A stretch of 8,816 bases of DNA, taken from IMG/VR virus record IMGVR_UViG_3300005298_000038, positions 1-8,816 of that record. One strand, given 5' to 3'. Under the pieces are notes generated by a model. That model had not been told where the DNA came from. It saw only the letters and a list, made by a program, of their open reading frames with translations, and made no database searches. Within the stretch, counting starts at the first letter, position 1. Each line of letters starts with the position of its first letter. Below are positions 6,600 to 8,816 of this stretch, piece after piece. The position numbers and the translations under genes were made by a program.

Positions 6600-6835
6600 T
6601 CCCTTAACTCTTGTTTAGTTTCTTTCTCCTCTTGTTTACCTTCGTATATTGTAACCAAAATAGCGTCGTTTTCACGTTTTTTGTCAAGGTCAATTTCGAC
6701 GTTTTTGAGGGTGATTCCATGAACCCTTTGGCAGTTGTTGCAGATTAAGTATAGGATTTTATCTTGCGGTTTAGTATATTTCGGCGGGTAATGTAAGTAG
6801 AATAAGGTAGAACCGCAAATGCATTTTAACCTCAT
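6596..6835 (-). CDS. Zinc-ribbon protein (CICG...CNNC) with charged tail
   Basis: CxC plus CxxC; GGAGG RBS upstream. Confidence 0.7.
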   Translation of the reverse strand: MRLKCICGSTLFYLHYPPKYTKPQDKILYLICNNCQRVHGITLKNVEIDLDKKRENDAILVTIYEGKQEEKETKQELRE

Positions 6836-6944
6836 TTTCTTCCTCCTTTCAATTTTTGGTTGTATTTGGCGATTAGGAAACAGTAGGATTCAAGGTCTTA
6901 CCTTTTTCTTTGATCTCTGGCGATATCTTTAGTATTACCATGTT

Positions 6945-7139
6945 TTAGCCCTCTAGTTCATGTTTATGGTTTTCAACATATTCCCGTAAGGCTTCATTTA
7001 CGATTATGTAGAATTTGCGTGTGGGACTTACGAATCGTTTCTTTACTATAGTCCATATTTTGTTGTATAGTTCCTCTTCAACATATAGATGTATTTTTTT
7101 GTAGGCTGTTTTCGCAGTTTGGCTTTTATTTTTGGGCAT
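6945..7139 (-). CDS. Ribbon-helix-helix transcriptional regulator
   Basis: KKIHLYVEEELYNKIW...IVNEALREYV is an RHH signature. GAGGTGA RBS precedes ATG 7139. First gene behind the second CATAA-boxed promoter. Confidence 0.8.
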   Translation of the reverse strand: MPKNKSQTAKTAYKKIHLYVEEELYNKIWTIVKKRFVSPTRKFYIIVNEALREYVENHKHELEG

Positions 7140-7161
7140 GCGGTTCACCTCTGAGAATAGG

Positions 7162-7220
7162 TTATGGTTTTATGTATTTATAAATCTTATGGTGTTTATA
7201 AGTGTAAAGGCTTAAAAATA
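7162..7220. promoter_or_regulatory. Bidirectional promoter with three CATAA boxes around a TTTATAAA TATA box
   Basis: TTATG at 7162-7166, 7170-7174 and 7187-7191; TTTATAAA at 7177-7184; plus-strand AAAGGCTTAAAAA (BRE/TATA-like) at 7206-7218. Confidence 0.65.
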
Positions 7221-7253
7221 TTGAAAGGTCAGTTGTTAAGGTGAGGTGGTTGA

Positions 7254-7526
7254 ATGGTTTGGGAAGTTGTGAGGGGAATACTCGCTGGGATAGTTTCAGG
7301 GGCTGTTACGGCGTTGCTGGGATACGCCAAGACGGGCGGATTGGAAAGCTTTGAACCCAAAAAGGCTGTTCAAACGATCATAGTGGGTGCGGTAGTGGGC
7401 GGTTTCGCTGGAGCTTGGGGTGTAACGTATCAGGAAGCCTACGAATACCTCGGGAGCGTTGGCGCTATAACTTTGATTGAATATGTTAAGAAGTCCATCG
7501 TGAAGAGGCTGTTTCCGCCAGAATAA
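7254..7526 (+). CDS. Small Gly-rich membrane protein (holin-like or virion envelope candidate)
   Basis: 2-3 hydrophobic helices with GxxxG motifs (GILAGIVSG, GAVVGGFAG) and a basic C-terminus. GAGGTGG RBS, own promoter and T-rich terminator. Confidence 0.75.
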   Translation: MVWEVVRGILAGIVSGAVTALLGYAKTGGLESFEPKKAVQTIIVGAVVGGFAGAWGVTYQEAYEYLGSVGAITLIEYVKKSIVKRLFPPE

Positions 7527-7527
7527 A

Positions 7528-7540
7528 ACCCTTTCTTTTT
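7528..7540 (+). terminator. Pyrimidine/T-rich terminator after the membrane protein gene
   Basis: CCCTTTCTTTTT right after the stop. An opposing A8 tract at 7615-7622 could terminate the convergent minus-strand transcript. Confidence 0.45.
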
Positions 7541-7651
7541 ACATGTGTAGAAGTTGCCACGAATTTCCATGAGAAGTATAAAATTTTTGTACTGGAACTA
7601 CAATTTTTTAGAGTAAAAAAAAGAGTCAGAGTTTATTATTTATTTTTTGTT

Positions 7652-8002
7652 TTAGGCTTCGTTACCTTGGTATGTCTGGGCTATGTTGTCTTTGAGTTGT
7701 TCGTACTTTTCAAACCAGCCATGTTCGTAGAGTGTTACAATTTTATGGCACGGGCGACATATCCACATTCCAATATAGGGTTTATCTGTTATCCAATGAT
7801 GGTACTCTAGTCTACGTGGTTTTCCGCATAGTTCACACTTATCAGGTTTTGGTCTTCTAGGCTTTTCAAGTCTAATACATCTAACCTTACTACCTTCCCT
7901 AATGCATATTATCCACTTCCGAGCATATCTACGTTTATACTCTAAGTCTTTATCTCTGTTCCGAATCTTCCATAGTTTATTGTATTCTTTTTTGCTTATC
8001 AT
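7652..8002 (-). CDS. HNH-family endonuclease-like protein with basic N-terminus
   Basis: CELCG...LEYHHW.......WICRPCH is a Zn-binding HNH-like module. TAA-ATG coupling with the upstream gene. Confidence 0.7.
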   Translation of the reverse strand: MISKKEYNKLWKIRNRDKDLEYKRRYARKWIICIREGSKVRCIRLEKPRRPKPDKCELCGKPRRLEYHHWITDKPYIGMWICRPCHKIVTLYEHGWFEKYEQLKDNIAQTYQGNEA

Positions 8003-8425
8003 TTAAAGAACCTCGTAGACTTCTCCACTTATCCATTTTAGAACTTGATATTTTTGGAAGCTGTTTAGCCATTTTTGTATTGTTCTTTCGTCATCTCCTC
8101 TGATGGCGGCTATTGCTTCAACTATATGTTTTCTTGGGATAAGCTGTTGCGGGAATATTGAGTCATATCCAAACTTTTCTCTAAGGTAAGCTTTGACCTG
8201 ATTCCATACTTTGAAGACTCGTGGTTGAGGGTTCGCTGAATTGAGGGTAAGCTGTTTTGTGTGATTTTGTGTGTGTGTTGCCAGCCAAACACCTAAAGCC
8301 TGCTCAACTTCATAGCTGATGGCTCCATGAAACTTTCCATATTTTGCTAAAGCAAGACGTTTCAGTTCTTCAACAAGACTACGTGGAAGGTAAACTTTTA
8401 GTTGAACTTTATCTTCAGCGTTCAT
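8003..8425 (-). CDS. Two-domain DNA-binding protein: N-terminal RHH and C-terminal winged-helix-like domain
   Basis: KVQLKVYLPRSLVEELKRLA...ISYEVEQAL (RHH), a THTQNHT linker, then IPRKHIVEAIAAIRGDDERTIQKWL...LKW...YEV (wHTH-like). GAGGTGG RBS before ATG 8425; the ORF is open from 8440. Confidence 0.75.
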   Translation of the reverse strand: MNAEDKVQLKVYLPRSLVEELKRLALAKYGKFHGAISYEVEQALGVWLATHTQNHTKQLTLNSANPQPRVFKVWNQVKAYLREKFGYDSIFPQQLIPRKHIVEAIAAIRGDDERTIQKWLNSFQKYQVLKWISGEVYEVL

Positions 8426-8440
8426 CCTTCCACCTCGCAT

Positions 8441-8496
8441 AGATTAGTACTAATTCGTGTTTTAGTACTTTAGTACTAATCTTAGTGATATAGTAC
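8441..8496. repeat. 13-bp perfect inverted repeat with TAGTAC iterations (operator-like)
   Basis: AGATTAGTACTAA (8441-8453) and TTAGTACTAATCT (8470-8482). TAGTAC at 8445, 8463, 8471 and 8491. Confidence 0.8.
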
Positions 8497-8507
8497 CATT
8501 TCATGTA

Positions 8508-8542
8508 TTTATTGTTTATTGTTTATTGTTTGTTTATTTATT
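8508..8542. repeat. Tandem TTTATTG repeats
   Basis: (TTTATTG)x3 at 8508-8528, then TTTG and TTTATTTATT. Confidence 0.8.
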
Positions 8543-8816
8543 AGTAAGACAAAAGAAAAGAAAAAAAAGCTCAAAATAAGCTCCTTTTCCCATTTTTCAA
8601 ACACTTCTCTTAAAACCACTACACACACAAATTCACACAAATTTTATGTGTATTTTGTTGTGTATTTTTTTGGTAAGGTTTTTATGCTCAAGTACGCCAT
8701 TCTCTAGTGGTTAAGCCTATGATTTGTCCCCTGTTAAGTGCATGCAAATTAAAGGTAACCCACGAGCACTACTCAGGCACCTGCTCCAACATTTCGAAAG
8801 ACGCCTACAAAGACTG

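Larger units (their letters stand above)
465..8816. mobile_element. Genome segment of a filamentous archaeal virus (Adnaviria/Tokiviricetes, Ligamenvirales-like)
   Basis: Two SIRV2-like capsid proteins, a rudivirus-type glycosyltransferase next to the MCP, an Hjc resolvase, several RHH proteins and densely packed small ORFs. Archaeal TATA boxes and GGTGA ribosome-binding sites. No cellular housekeeping genes. Confidence 0.88.

Noticed and set aside
7220-7227. ATTGAAAG (also AATTGAAAG on the minus strand near 6846-6854) as a solitary CRISPR repeat or RNA anti-CRISPR
   Set aside because: Only 8-9 AT-rich bases match, no repeat hairpin is present, and such matches are expected by chance.
8519-8707. 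62-aa plus-strand ORF
   Set aside because: Translation of low-complexity repeats; no RBS.
465-8816. cas genes or an integrase explaining the array/virus junction
   Set aside because: No ORF shows Cas or tyrosine/serine recombinase motifs; the PD-(D/E)xK protein fits Hjc and lacks the Cas4 Cys cluster.

Overview
Positions 1-464 are the tail of an archaeal-type CRISPR array: 37-bp repeat GATGCAAAAGGAAAATCCCATTAAAGGGAATTGAAAG, six full copies, spacers 36-42 bp, no cas genes in the window. Straight after the last, intact repeat the sequence switches into the middle of a viral glycosyltransferase gene. The rest (465-8816) reads as a filamentous archaeal virus of the SIRV2-fold lineage (realm Adnaviria, Ligamenvirales-like). 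It carries two paralogous SIRV2-like major capsid protein genes arranged head-to-head, a truncated rudivirus-type GT4 glycosyltransferase, an Hjc-type resolvase, a DUF5131/radical-SAM-like protein, HNH-like proteins, four ribbon-helix-helix regulators and many small Zn-finger or membrane ORFs. Non-coding features include two CATAA-boxed bidirectional promoters, a recurrent TAC-N4-GTA motif, a GC-rich structured intergenic element and a repeat-rich right end. The CRISPR/virus junction is either a real spacer-protospacer recombination or insertion, or an assembly chimera; the sequence alone cannot decide. All homology calls are from motif recognition, not database searches.
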